Source: Shigella phage Shfl2
Direction: 5' to 3' (one strand)
Sequence record: HM035025
DNA length: 64,000 nucleotides
The notes beneath the pieces were generated by a model. The model worked only from the letters and a program-made list of their open reading frames with translations. It made no database searches and was not told the origin of the DNA. Positions 10,269 through 20,533 of the stretch are shown here, piece by piece. The position numbers and the translations under genes are program-made. Position 1 is the first letter of the stretch. Every line of letters starts with the position of its first letter.

Positions 10269-11443
10269 TGAGTATGTTGCAACGCCCAGGATATCCAAAT
10301 CTCAGCGTTAAATTATTTGATAGCTACGACGCTTGGAGTAATAATAGATTTGTTGAATTAGCTGCTACTATTACCACATTAACTATGCGGGATTCTCTTT
10401 ATGGCCGAAATGAAGGAATGCTGCAGTTTTATGATTCTAAAAATATCCATACAAAAATGGATGGAAATGAAATAATTCAGATTTCTGTAGCTAATGCAAA
10501 CGATATTAATAATGTTAAAACACGAATTTATGGATGTAAGCATTTTTCTGTATCTGTAGATTCAAAAGGCGATAACATCATTGCTATTGAATTGGGAACT
10601 ATTCATTCTATAGAAAATCTTAAATTTGGCAGACCGTTTTTCTCTGATGCAGGTGAATCTATAAAGGAAATGCTTGGTGTCATTTATCAGGATCGCACGT
10701 TATTAACTCCAGCAATAAATGCTATAAATGCTTATGTTCCTGATATTCCATGGACTAGCACATTTGAAAACTATTTGTCGTATGTTAGAGAAGTTGCTCT
10801 AGCTGTAGGAAGTGACAAATTTGTATTTGTGTGGCAAGACATCATGGGAGTTAACATGATGGACTATGATATGATGATAAATCAAGAACCGTATCCAATG
10901 ATTGTCGGTGAGCCATCTTTAATAGGTCAATTCATCCAAGAATTAAAATATCCATTAGCATATGATTTCGTTTGGTTAACTAAATCAAATCCTCACAAAC
11001 GTGACCCAATGAAAAACGCTACTATCTATGCGCATTCATTTTTGGATTCTTCATTGCCAATGATTACTACAGGAAAGGGCGAAAACTCTATTGTAGTGTC
11101 AAGGTCAGGTGCTTATTCTGAAATGACTTATAGGAATGGCTATGAAGAAGCTATTCGTCTTCAAACTATGGCACAATATGACGGCTATGCTAAATGTTCT
11201 ACTGTCGGTAATTTTAACTTGACTCCTAGCGTTAAAATTATTTTTAATGATAGTAAAAACCAATTTAAAACAGAATTTTACGTTGATGAAGTTATCCATG
11301 AATTATCCAATAATAATTCAGTAACACATCTATATATGTTCACTAATGCAACGAAACTGGAAACAATAGACCCAGTTAAGGTTAAAAATGAATTTAAATC
11401 TGATACTACCACTGAAGAAAGTAGTTCTTCCAATAAGCAATAA
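10268..11443 (+). CDS. 27: Baseplate hub protein gp27
   Basis: 391 aa. Confidence 0.9.
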   Translation: MSMLQRPGYPNLSVKLFDSYDAWSNNRFVELAATITTLTMRDSLYGRNEGMLQFYDSKNIHTKMDGNEIIQISVANANDINNVKTRIYGCKHFSVSVDSKGDNIIAIELGTIHSIENLKFGRPFFSDAGESIKEMLGVIYQDRTLLTPAINAINAYVPDIPWTSTFENYLSYVREVALAVGSDKFVFVWQDIMGVNMMDYDMMINQEPYPMIVGEPSLIGQFIQELKYPLAYDFVWLTKSNPHKRDPMKNATIYAHSFLDSSLPMITTGKGENSIVVSRSGAYSEMTYRNGYEEAIRLQTMAQYDGYAKCSTVGNFNLTPSVKIIFNDSKNQFKTEFYVDEVIHELSNNNSVTHLYMFTNATKLETIDPVKVKNEFKSDTTTEESSSSNKQ

Positions 11444-11921
11444 AGAAGTTTCTATTCCTAAAATGGGTCTTAAACATTATAACATTTTAAAAGATGTTAA
11501 AGGCCCTGATGAAAATTTAAAACTTCTTATTGATTCTATTTGTCCGAATTTGTCACCGGCAGAAGTTGATTTCGTTTCTATTCATTTATTGGAATTTAAT
11601 GGAAAGATTAAATCTCGTAAAGAAATAGATGGCTATACTTATGACATTAATGATGTTTATGTATGCCAAAGATTGGAATTTCAATACCAAGGAAATACAT
11701 TTTATTTTAGACCGCCTGGAAAATTTGAACAATTTTTAACTGTGAGCGATATGTTATCCAAATGCTTGCTTAAGGTCAATGATGAAGTTAAAGAAATTAA
11801 TTTTCTTGAGATGCCAGCATTCGTTTTAAAATGGGCAAATGATATTTTTACAACTTTAGCAATTCCTGGCCCTAATGGTCCAATAACTGGAATTGGCAAT
11901 ATTATTGGATTATTTGAATGA
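11388..11921 (+). CDS. 28: Baseplate hub distal subunit gp28
   Basis: 177 aa; overlaps end of gene 27 in another frame. Confidence 0.8.
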   Translation: MNLNLILPLKKVVLPISNKEVSIPKMGLKHYNILKDVKGPDENLKLLIDSICPNLSPAEVDFVSIHLLEFNGKIKSRKEIDGYTYDINDVYVCQRLEFQYQGNTFYFRPPGKFEQFLTVSDMLSKCLLKVNDEVKEINFLEMPAFVLKWANDIFTTLAIPGPNGPITGIGNIIGLFE

Positions 11922-13690
11922 AAAAGCCACAAGAAATGCAAACGATGCGTAGAAAAGTTATTTCAGATAATAAACCAACACAGGAAGCGGCTAAATCCGC
12001 TTCTAACACTTTATCTGGGCTTAATGACATTTCTACGAAATTGGATGATGCTCAAGCTGCTTCTGAATTAATTGCTCAAACTGTCGAAGAAAAATCGAAT
12101 GAAATAATTGGAGCAATTGACAATGTAGAAAGCGCAGTGAGTGATACTACTGCTGGTTCTGAGTTAATTGCTGAAACTGTTGAAATTGGCAACAATATTA
12201 ATAAAGAAATCGGTGAATCGCTCGGAAGCAAATTAGATAAATTAACAAGTTTACTGGAACAAAAAATTCAGACAGCTGGAATTCAACAGACGGGAACTAG
12301 TTTAGCCACGGTTGAAAGCGCTATTCCTGTTAAAGTTGTTGAGGATGATACAGCTGAATCTGTGGGTCCTTTATTACCGGCTCCCGAAGCAGTTAATAAT
12401 GATCCTGATGCTGATTTTTTCCCGACCCCTCAGCCAGTTGAGCCAAAGCAAGAATCACCAGAAGAAAAACAGAAAAAAGAAGCATTTAACTTAAAATTAT
12501 CTCAAGCTTTAGATAAATTAACAAAGACAGTTGATTTTGGATTTAAGAAATCTATTTCAATTACTGATAAAATATCAAGCATGCTATTTAAGTACACCGT
12601 CAGTGCTGCTATTGAAGCTGCTAAAATGACTGCAATGATATTGGCTGTTGTTGTTGGAATAGACCTTTTGATGGTTCACTTTAAATACTGGTCAGATAAA
12701 TTTTCAAAAGCCTGGGATCTATTTAATACGGACTTTACTAAATTCTCTAGCGAAACCGGAACATGGGGTCCTTTATTACAGAGCATCTTTGATTCTATTG
12801 ATAAAATTAAACAACTTTGGGAAGCTGGAGATTGGGGTGGATTGACAGCAGCTATCGTAGAAGGACTCGGAAGTGTTCTTTTTAATTTAGGAGAACTTAT
12901 TCAGCTTGGAATGGCTAAATTATCTGCTGCAATTCTTCGAGTCATTCCTGGCATGAAAGACACTGCTGATGAAGTAGAAGGAAGAGCATTGGAAAATTTC
13001 CAAAATACTACTGGAGCATCTCTCAATAAAGAAGACCAGGAAAAAGTTGCAAATTATCAAGATAAACGAATGAATGGAGACCTTGGTCCGATAGCAAAAG
13101 GATTAGATAAAATTGCTAATTGGAAAACTCGTGCATCTAATTGGATTCGTGGGGTTGATAATAAAGAAGCACTGACTACCGACGAAGAACGTGCAGCAGA
13201 AGAAGAAAAATTAAAGCAACTTTCACCAGAAGAAAGAAAAAATGCTTTAATGAAGGCTAATGAAGCCCGTGCCGCGATGATTCGTTTTGAAAAATACGCT
13301 GATTCGGCTGATATGAGTAAAGACTCAACGGTTAAATCAGTTGAAGCTGCCTATGAAGACCTTAAAAAACGGATGGATGACCCGGATTTAAATAATTCAC
13401 CGGCAGTTAAAAAAGAACTTGCTGCTAGATTTTCTAAAATTGATGCTACTTATCAAGAGCTCAAGAAAAATCAGCCTAATGCCAAACCTGAAACTTCTGC
13501 TAAATCGCCAGAAGCAAAACAAGTCCAGGTAATAGAAAAGAACAAAGCACAGCAAGCTCCTGTTCAACAAGCATCTCCTTCGATCAATAATACTAATAAT
13601 GTTGTTAAGAAAAATACTGTCGTTCATAATATGACACCCGTAACGAGCACGACTGCTCCTGGTGTATTTGATGCGACTGGAGTTAATTAA
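11918..13690 (+). CDS. 29: Baseplate hub / tail tube length determinator gp29
   Basis: 590 aa. Confidence 0.9.
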   Translation: MKKPQEMQTMRRKVISDNKPTQEAAKSASNTLSGLNDISTKLDDAQAASELIAQTVEEKSNEIIGAIDNVESAVSDTTAGSELIAETVEIGNNINKEIGESLGSKLDKLTSLLEQKIQTAGIQQTGTSLATVESAIPVKVVEDDTAESVGPLLPAPEAVNNDPDADFFPTPQPVEPKQESPEEKQKKEAFNLKLSQALDKLTKTVDFGFKKSISITDKISSMLFKYTVSAAIEAAKMTAMILAVVVGIDLLMVHFKYWSDKFSKAWDLFNTDFTKFSSETGTWGPLLQSIFDSIDKIKQLWEAGDWGGLTAAIVEGLGSVLFNLGELIQLGMAKLSAAILRVIPGMKDTADEVEGRALENFQNTTGASLNKEDQEKVANYQDKRMNGDLGPIAKGLDKIANWKTRASNWIRGVDNKEALTTDEERAAEEEKLKQLSPEERKNALMKANEARAAMIRFEKYADSADMSKDSTVKSVEAAYEDLKKRMDDPDLNNSPAVKKELAARFSKIDATYQELKKNQPNAKPETSAKSPEAKQVQVIEKNKAQQAPVQQASPSINNTNNVVKKNTVVHNMTPVTSTTAPGVFDATGVN

Positions 13691-13698
13691 GGAATAAT

Positions 13699-14793
13699 AT
13701 GGCAATTGTTAAAGAAATAACTGCTGATTTAATTAAAAAGTCCGGTGAGAAAATTTCAGCCGGACAGAGTACTAAATCAGAAGTAGCAACTAAAACATAC
13801 ACTGCCCAGTTTCCAACTGGGCGTGCTAGTGGTAATGACACTACAGGGGACTTCCAGGTAACAGATTTATATAAGAATGGATTATTATTTACTGCATACA
13901 ATATGTCATCTAGGGATTCTGGAAGTCTTAGATCGATGAGATCTAACTACTCTTCTTCATCTTCGAGTATTTTAAGTACAGCTAGAAACACTATTAGTAG
14001 TACAGTATCAAAACTATCAAATGGATTAATATCAAACAATAATTCAGGAACAATAAGTAAAGCTCCTGTGGCAAATATTCTTTTACCGAGATCTAAATCT
14101 GATGTTGATACATCATCACATAGATTTAATGATGTTCAAGAAAGTCTTATCAGCAGAGGCGGAGGTACTGCTACTGGCGTGTTAAGTAATATTGCTTCAA
14201 CTGCAGTATTTGGTGCGCTAGAAAGTATAACACAAGGTATAATGGCTGATAATAATGAACAGATTTATACGACAGCCAGAAGTATGTATGGCGGTGCTGA
14301 GAATAGAACTAAAGTGTTTACATGGGATTTGACTCCACGTTCAACAGAAGATTTAATGGCTATTATTAATATCTATCAATATTTTAACTATTTTTCTTAT
14401 GGTGAAACGGGTAAATCTCAATATGCTGCTGAAATAAAGGGGTATTTAGATGATTGGTATCGTTCTACGTTAATTGAACCTTTATCTCCGGAAGACGCGG
14501 CTAAAAATAAAACACTATTTGAGAAAATGACATCGAGTTTAACTAACGTTCTAGTAGTTTCAAACCCGACAATTTGGATGGTGAAAAACTTTGGTGCAAC
14601 ATCTAAGTTTGATGGAAAAACGGAAATATTTGGCCCATGCCAAATACAGAGCATCAGATTTGATAAAACACCTAATGGTAACTTTAACGGATTAGCTATT
14701 GCTCCAAACCTCCCTAGTACATTTACTCTTGAGATTACTATGAGAGAAATTATCACGTTAAACCGTGCTTCTTTATATGCGGGGACTTTTTAA
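13699..14793 (+). CDS. 48: Baseplate tail tube cap gp48
   Basis: 364 aa. Confidence 0.9.
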   Translation: MAIVKEITADLIKKSGEKISAGQSTKSEVATKTYTAQFPTGRASGNDTTGDFQVTDLYKNGLLFTAYNMSSRDSGSLRSMRSNYSSSSSSILSTARNTISSTVSKLSNGLISNNNSGTISKAPVANILLPRSKSDVDTSSHRFNDVQESLISRGGGTATGVLSNIASTAVFGALESITQGIMADNNEQIYTTARSMYGGAENRTKVFTWDLTPRSTEDLMAIINIYQYFNYFSYGETGKSQYAAEIKGYLDDWYRSTLIEPLSPEDAAKNKTLFEKMTSSLTNVLVVSNPTIWMVKNFGATSKFDGKTEIFGPCQIQSIRFDKTPNGNFNGLAIAPNLPSTFTLEITMREIITLNRASLYAGTF

Positions 14794-15758
14794 TGTATTC
14801 TTTAGAGGAATTTAATAATCAAGCAATAAACGCAGATTTCCAACGTAATAATATGTTTAGCTGCGTTTTTGCGACAACTCCATCAACTAAAAGCTCTTCG
14901 TTGATAAGTTCAATTAGCAACTTTTCTTATAATAACTTGGGTCTAAATTCAGATTGGTTAGGATTGACTCAAGGCGATATTAATCAGGGAATTACCACGC
15001 TAATTACTGCTGGCACACAAAAACTGATAAGAAAATCAGGGGTTAGTAAATATCTTATTGGTGCCATGAGTCAACGCACAGTTCAAAGTTTATTGGGCTC
15101 ATTTACAGTTGGTACATATTTAATTGATTTCTTTAATATGGCATATAACTCATCTGGATTGATGATATACTCTGTAAAAATGCCAGAGAATAGATTATCC
15201 TATGAAACTGACTGGAACTATAATTCTCCTAATATTCGTATAACTGGGAGAGAATTAGACCCTTTGGTTATTTCATTTAGAATGGATTCAGAAGCTTGTA
15301 ACTATCGTGCAATGCAAGACTGGGTTAACGCTGTTCAAGACCCAGTAACTGGATTGCGTGCTTTGCCGCAAGATGTCGAGGCAGATATTCAGGTTAATCT
15401 TCATGCTCGTAATGGATTACCTCATACTGCTGTGATGTTCACTGGATGCATTCCAGTGTCAGTGAGTGCTCCTGAGTTATCATATGATGGAGATAACCAA
15501 ATAACTACATTTGATGTTACTTTTGCGTATAGAGTCATGCAGGCTGGGTCGGTTGATAGACAAGCTGCGCTTGAATGGCTTGAATCTGCTGCCATAAACG
15601 GTATTCAAAGCGTTCTCGGAAATAGTGGAGGTGTTACTGGACTATCTAATTCGCTTTCACGACTTAGTAGATTAGGAGGAACTGCTGGAAGCATTTCAAA
15701 CATTAATACTATGACGGGAATTGTCAACTCGCAAAGTAAAATATTAGGAGCAATATAA
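14793..15758 (+). CDS. 54: Baseplate tail tube initiator gp54
   Basis: 321 aa (T4 320). Confidence 0.9.
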   Translation: MYSLEEFNNQAINADFQRNNMFSCVFATTPSTKSSSLISSISNFSYNNLGLNSDWLGLTQGDINQGITTLITAGTQKLIRKSGVSKYLIGAMSQRTVQSLLGSFTVGTYLIDFFNMAYNSSGLMIYSVKMPENRLSYETDWNYNSPNIRITGRELDPLVISFRMDSEACNYRAMQDWVNAVQDPVTGLRALPQDVEADIQVNLHARNGLPHTAVMFTGCIPVSVSAPELSYDGDNQITTFDVTFAYRVMQAGSVDRQAALEWLESAAINGIQSVLGNSGGVTGLSNSLSRLSRLGGTAGSISNINTMTGIVNSQSKILGAI

Positions 15759-15762
15759 CAAT

Positions 15763-15793
15763 GGGGACCTTTCGGTCCCCATATTTTTATTTA
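15763..15793 (+). terminator. Rho-independent terminator after gene 54
   Basis: GGGGACC-UUUC-GGUCCCC hairpin followed by T-run. Confidence 0.6.
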
Positions 15794-16077
15794 CGGAATG
15801 AAATAAAAGCAGCAACTGAAGCAACTAAACTGTCTTCAATATAAACTTCAATTTTTACCGGAGCTTCTGACTCAAATTTACCTGTTACTACACCTTGGAA
15901 AATGCTTTCAGTCTGCTCTGGCTTTGAAAAATTTTCAGAAGGAAAAATTCCGAACTTTTTATCTGTTCCAAAAATTTTGATAAATTCATCATAAACTGCT
16001 TCATTAAAAGCATTATCAGCAGGAATAACGCCTTCAACTACAAGTTCTTGACCTAAAAAGCGCAAAGAAGATTTCAT
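15787..16077 (-). CDS. Hypothetical 96-aa protein downstream of alt paralogs
   Basis: ORF with SD GAGGAA, preceded by conserved early promoter. Confidence 0.55.
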   Translation of the reverse strand: MKSSLRFLGQELVVEGVIPADNAFNEAVYDEFIKIFGTDKKFGIFPSENFSKPEQTESIFQGVVTGKFESEAPVKIEVYIEDSLVASVAAFISFRK

Positions 16078-16084
16078 TTTGTGT

Positions 16085-16135
16085 TCCTCATGTTATGTCA
16101 GTAAAATTACTATAACACAACACGAGGGACTTGTA
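16085..16135 (-). promoter_or_regulatory. T4-type early promoter
   Basis: Minus strand GTTTAC (-35) and TGTGTTATAGTAAT extended -10; near-identical copy at 31945-31995. Confidence 0.5.
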
Positions 16136-16137
16136 AA

Positions 16138-18195
16138 CTACATCTTGAACTTTTTAGACATTCCGTTGATGTTAACCAAAGAAGCCAAGATTTGAGAAAC
16201 TTCGTTTTCCTCTTCTTTTGATTCTTCTACAAGGAATTGATTAAACCCAGCCATTGGACGAACTTCACCAGTTTCCATCAGATGATCGCCATCATATACC
16301 GATTCTTCTAATTGTTCAGAAGGAGGAACGATTGTGCCTTCGATTAGATACTTGTTATAAGCAGTTTCTTTCATCATGTACGTGCTTACTTTATTAATCT
16401 TCAACAAAATTCCACGCGGTAAAATAACTTCAGCTTCTGATGGAAATCCTGATAAATGACCTGGAACGATAACTTTGATTCGCTCAGCCCCTTTAATTAC
16501 CATACCTACGCTAGTTTCAGCATCTTCATTAGCATATGCAGAATGACTACCCATATGCATTAAATCTTCAGCATCAACGGAACCTTCTCCTTCACCAGAA
16601 AATACTGCACCGGAATCATCTAGAGCCATATAGTTTTTACCATGCTCACCGAAGATATTTGGTTTAAGCGATGTTGATACGAAGTTCTTGAAATAGAACA
16701 TTTTATTTTCAATATTATGACGTAAAGTTTTAAAGGTAACTTCTTGTCCACGGTAAAGTGTAGTTCCCGGAGGAAGAACTGATCCTTTGGCGAATGCAGA
16801 ATCCAGCGTCTCGATGTGTTTAATAGCTCGTTCCATGTATTCTTCACGGGTAGAATCTGGTTTACCCAAGAGGAACGAGTTCATTTCAACATATGAATCT
16901 GCACAATAATCTTCAATTACATCAGACTCAGCCTGAGTCAGTCCTTTTGGAGTTACTTCGGTGCTTGCGTATTCATATGCCTGAGCAGCAGATTCATTAA
17001 TCAATTTATAAATGCCATTCATGACAAATTGAATAATAGCTACCTTTTCGTCTGGCGTGGCTTTAGAACCTTTAACTAAATCATTGATAATTTTCTTAAT
17101 AATATCAAAGCTATTAGAAATATTAATGTCAGCGAGATCGCTCAAAATTTTATCGGTTTTATAATCAAAGAATTCTTTATTCTTTAAATATTCTTGAGAA
17201 CCTTGATATGTTATATCGCTCTGCAGCTTGATAGATGGATCACGTAAACGTGCATGGGCCAATGCAATATGATTTCGGAAGCTTTCTAGTTCATAATCAT
17301 TAGATTTAAAACGAGAAGCACTCCTCATACCACCGATAGCTCCTTTGCCGAAGTTTGAACCAATCTGAATAACGCCAGAGTTCATTGGTCCTTCTGCTTT
17401 ATATACCGGAACTTTAGATTCAAACTCTTGATATTTCTTAGCGGCGAAGCTATCACCCTGAAGTGAAGCATCGACAGTAGAATATTGAGCTTGTGCTGCT
17501 AATCGACGACTAATTTTAGTTTTCTGAATAACAGCTTGATCCGTGCGCTTATCATTTTCTAGAGCAATAGAAGCGGCAACAGCAACAGCTTTAGGAACAG
17601 CATTACCTGTTTTAACGTCTACATAAACATCACCAACCTTTGATTCAACTTTTGTGAATAACTCAGTTGAAATAGGAGGTACACCTGGAATGTCTTCTAA
17701 ATTAGCATTTTTACGATAAACCATAATATATGCATACTTTTTATCATAGTCCCAGATTTCCTTTAAAAGAACATATCGACCTGCTCCTTTAGTACGTACT
17801 AAACGGTCAGCAATAACTTGCATTTGACGAGCAGCGCCATTTGTTTTACTTTTTAGTACGCGGAATAGGCATGCGTCAATTTTATACTGTTTCATTGTTT
17901 GAAGAGCAGTATCAAAAACCGCATTAATGACACCAATTGGATTTCCACCCAAGTTTTTAAGTTTAACTAATGATAGTTTCTCATTAACACCTATCATTAC
18001 GATATGCATCATTTTATCGCCTGGCTTAACGTTTTTATTTGTATCACCGCCAGAGGTGTATGTACAAAATCTAAATCCAGGAAGCACACTTTCTTCACCG
18101 GCTTGAATAGCAAAAATTTGAGGTATTTTATGCTTAGGATTTAAGTTAACAACCGGCGCCGAAGCGCCGTCAAATAATTCTGTAATAAGTTCCAT
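16138..18195 (-). CDS. Alt-like ADP-ribosyltransferase paralog (685 aa)
   Basis: N-terminus MELITELFD as in packaged Alt; C-terminal R-S-E ART motifs (LYRGQ, FVSTSL, SEAEVILPRG). Confidence 0.8.
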   Translation of the reverse strand: MELITELFDGASAPVVNLNPKHKIPQIFAIQAGEESVLPGFRFCTYTSGGDTNKNVKPGDKMMHIVMIGVNEKLSLVKLKNLGGNPIGVINAVFDTALQTMKQYKIDACLFRVLKSKTNGAARQMQVIADRLVRTKGAGRYVLLKEIWDYDKKYAYIMVYRKNANLEDIPGVPPISTELFTKVESKVGDVYVDVKTGNAVPKAVAVAASIALENDKRTDQAVIQKTKISRRLAAQAQYSTVDASLQGDSFAAKKYQEFESKVPVYKAEGPMNSGVIQIGSNFGKGAIGGMRSASRFKSNDYELESFRNHIALAHARLRDPSIKLQSDITYQGSQEYLKNKEFFDYKTDKILSDLADINISNSFDIIKKIINDLVKGSKATPDEKVAIIQFVMNGIYKLINESAAQAYEYASTEVTPKGLTQAESDVIEDYCADSYVEMNSFLLGKPDSTREEYMERAIKHIETLDSAFAKGSVLPPGTTLYRGQEVTFKTLRHNIENKMFYFKNFVSTSLKPNIFGEHGKNYMALDDSGAVFSGEGEGSVDAEDLMHMGSHSAYANEDAETSVGMVIKGAERIKVIVPGHLSGFPSEAEVILPRGILLKINKVSTYMMKETAYNKYLIEGTIVPPSEQLEESVYDGDHLMETGEVRPMAGFNQFLVEESKEEENEVSQILASLVNINGMSKKFKM

Positions 18196-18198
18196 GAT

Positions 18199-20295
18199 TT
18201 ATCCTTGAACGAACTTGTAAGGCATGTTTGCAATATCTATGCAAGACGCAATAATTCCAAGAGATGATTCTACTTTTTGTTTAACATTTGATGAAACAAA
18301 TGATGCAAAGTCAACTCTGTCTTCTATTTCAATATCACCTGTCATTGCAACTACTTCACCAGTTTCCATTAGACGGTCACCGTCATAAATTACCGATTCG
18401 GTGAGTTCTTCGGTGGTCATAACTTCAGCTTGAATGAGTTTTGTATTATTAGACGTGGTTCCGTCATTATTAGAAGCATCAGTTATTTTATTAACTTTGA
18501 CCATCAATCCACGTGGTAGAATAACTTCAGCTTCTGTTGCTATTCCGAGACTTCCTGGATATATAACATTAACTTTATGAGCTCCATCAATTGCCCATCC
18601 TATTTGAACTTTAACGTATTCAGGATTTTCTTTATACGCTCTTATTTCGTTTGGATTAATAGTTATTCCTTCTTCATTTTTATCAACTGTCAATTCATTA
18701 CGAGCTTCTGGTTCTAAAAGACCAATACCAGCATGTGTAATTCCAAAACGTCCAAAAATGATAGGAGTTAAAGAAGTAGATACAAAATTTCTGAAATAGA
18801 ACACTTTATTTTTAACTAGTGCTTCGTATATAGGAGCAGTCATGCTTTGAGCACGATAAACTGTAATGCCTTCTGGTATACGGTCACCATTTTCAAAAGC
18901 TGAATCTAAGTTATTTATAGCAGATTCAATTTCTTTTTCACTCATTACATCATATCGTTCTGGATTGTAACGACCCAAAAGAAGATTATTGATGTCAGTA
19001 TATCCTGAACCACAATACTCTCTAATGCCGCGCTTTTGTGATGGAGTATATTTAGAACCATCACGGGCAATAGTAATATCAATCATTGGACCTGCACCAA
19101 TTCCAGAAAAACTATAAATCATTCGTTTGAGGAATTTAGTTTTTGCTGCGTTCCAGGAATTTTTAGTTATTTCTTCCCAGACTTCATCTGGCTGCCCTTT
19201 ACGAGTTTTATTATGTTTATCAAGCCATTTATCTTTGTATTCTTCAAAGAATTTATTAACAGCTGCTGCGTATTTCTCTAAACATTTTATTGAAGTAGTT
19301 GGTTCATTTTTAATCGCATTAAGAATTACATCTTTAATTTTTTCAGAAACTTCATTAACCTCACTTTTTGAAAAGAATTTATAGTCATAATGAAGTTCAT
19401 CTGCAGTTCCTTCAGCAATAATTTTTGCTGCTTTAGTTTTAGAAGCTAATGAATTAATTCCAAGCTTCATTTCTTCTGCTTCGGGAATTAAAGGAGCGGT
19501 AGCAGGTTTATTGAAATTAGCTGCGGTAGATTCATACTTCTGGAATAATTCACTTTCAAATCTAGAAGATTCCAATGATTGACTTTGCGCAATTGCTCTA
19601 CGGGAAATTTTAACTTTAACGATTACAGCTTGGTCAGAACGCTTATCATTTTCTTGCGCAATAGATGCTGCAATTGCCTCATTTTTAGTTACTTGGGCTC
19701 CAGTATCTTTATTGATATAAACATCACCGACTTTCGATTCAACTTTAGTAAAGAGCTCGGTACTAATTTCCGGAACTCCTGGAATGTCTTCTAGTGATAC
19801 ATTTTTGCGATGTATAAGAATATATGCATACTTTTTATCATAATCCCAGAGTTCCTTAAGAAGGACGTATCTGCCACCTGAACGACTACGGATAAGTCTA
19901 TCAGCAATAACTTGAATTTGTCGAGCTTGACCAGCAGTTTTAGACTTAAGAATACGGAGCATACAGGCATCAATTTTATACTGACGCATAGTTTGCATTG
20001 CAACAGTAAAAACTGAATTGATATAATTAATTGGGCTTGGACCAAGACCTTTCAATTTAGCAATTGAACCTTTAGCAGTTAATGTAAAAGGAACAATATG
20101 CATCATTTTATCGCCCATTTTTAAATCGCGATTAGTATCACCTCCAGATGTATAGGTACATAAACGAAAGCCTGGTTGTTCAATTGCGTCATCAACATGA
20201 ACTGAAAAAATTTGTGGTATTTTCTTCTTTGGATTTAAGTTTGTAATCGGAAGAGTAGTATCTTCGTCAAATAATTCTGTAATGAGTTCCATCAT
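18199..20295 (-). CDS. alt: Alt ADP-ribosyltransferase (698 aa), packaged internal head protein
   Basis: N-terminus MMELITELFD; ART motifs VYRAQ, FVSTSL, TEAEVILPRG; adjacent to gene 30 side. Confidence 0.75.
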   Translation of the reverse strand: MMELITELFDEDTTLPITNLNPKKKIPQIFSVHVDDAIEQPGFRLCTYTSGGDTNRDLKMGDKMMHIVPFTLTAKGSIAKLKGLGPSPINYINSVFTVAMQTMRQYKIDACMLRILKSKTAGQARQIQVIADRLIRSRSGGRYVLLKELWDYDKKYAYILIHRKNVSLEDIPGVPEISTELFTKVESKVGDVYINKDTGAQVTKNEAIAASIAQENDKRSDQAVIVKVKISRRAIAQSQSLESSRFESELFQKYESTAANFNKPATAPLIPEAEEMKLGINSLASKTKAAKIIAEGTADELHYDYKFFSKSEVNEVSEKIKDVILNAIKNEPTTSIKCLEKYAAAVNKFFEEYKDKWLDKHNKTRKGQPDEVWEEITKNSWNAAKTKFLKRMIYSFSGIGAGPMIDITIARDGSKYTPSQKRGIREYCGSGYTDINNLLLGRYNPERYDVMSEKEIESAINNLDSAFENGDRIPEGITVYRAQSMTAPIYEALVKNKVFYFRNFVSTSLTPIIFGRFGITHAGIGLLEPEARNELTVDKNEEGITINPNEIRAYKENPEYVKVQIGWAIDGAHKVNVIYPGSLGIATEAEVILPRGLMVKVNKITDASNNDGTTSNNTKLIQAEVMTTEELTESVIYDGDRLMETGEVVAMTGDIEIEDRVDFASFVSSNVKQKVESSLGIIASCIDIANMPYKFVQG

Positions 20296-20328
20296 ATCCT
20301 CTCTAGTGTTTATTCTATTTATAAAATT

Positions 20329-20346
20329 AAAGGCCCGAAGGCCTTT
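20329..20346 (-). terminator. Intercistronic hairpin/terminator between gene 30 operon and alt
   Basis: GGCC-UUCG-GGCC hairpin followed on minus strand by T-rich tract. Confidence 0.4.
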
Positions 20347-20533
20347 AGTAATCTAGTGGTAAGAGAGTACGATATATTTCAAACTTTGGTCCTTTTTCAT
20401 AGGCATCAAATGTTTCTGTAAATTTATTATAAGCGTATGCATCTACAAATTCGAGAATGACTTGTGATACAGAAGTAGAAACATCTCCACCTTCTTTTTG
20501 AGCAATGACAATTGTTTCTAAGTAAGCTTTCAT
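20345..20533 (-). CDS. Hypothetical 62-aa protein downstream of gene 30
   Basis: ORF start overlaps gene 30 stop. Confidence 0.5.
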   Translation of the reverse strand: MKAYLETIVIAQKEGGDVSTSVSQVILEFVDAYAYNKFTETFDAYEKGPKFEIYRTLLPLDY

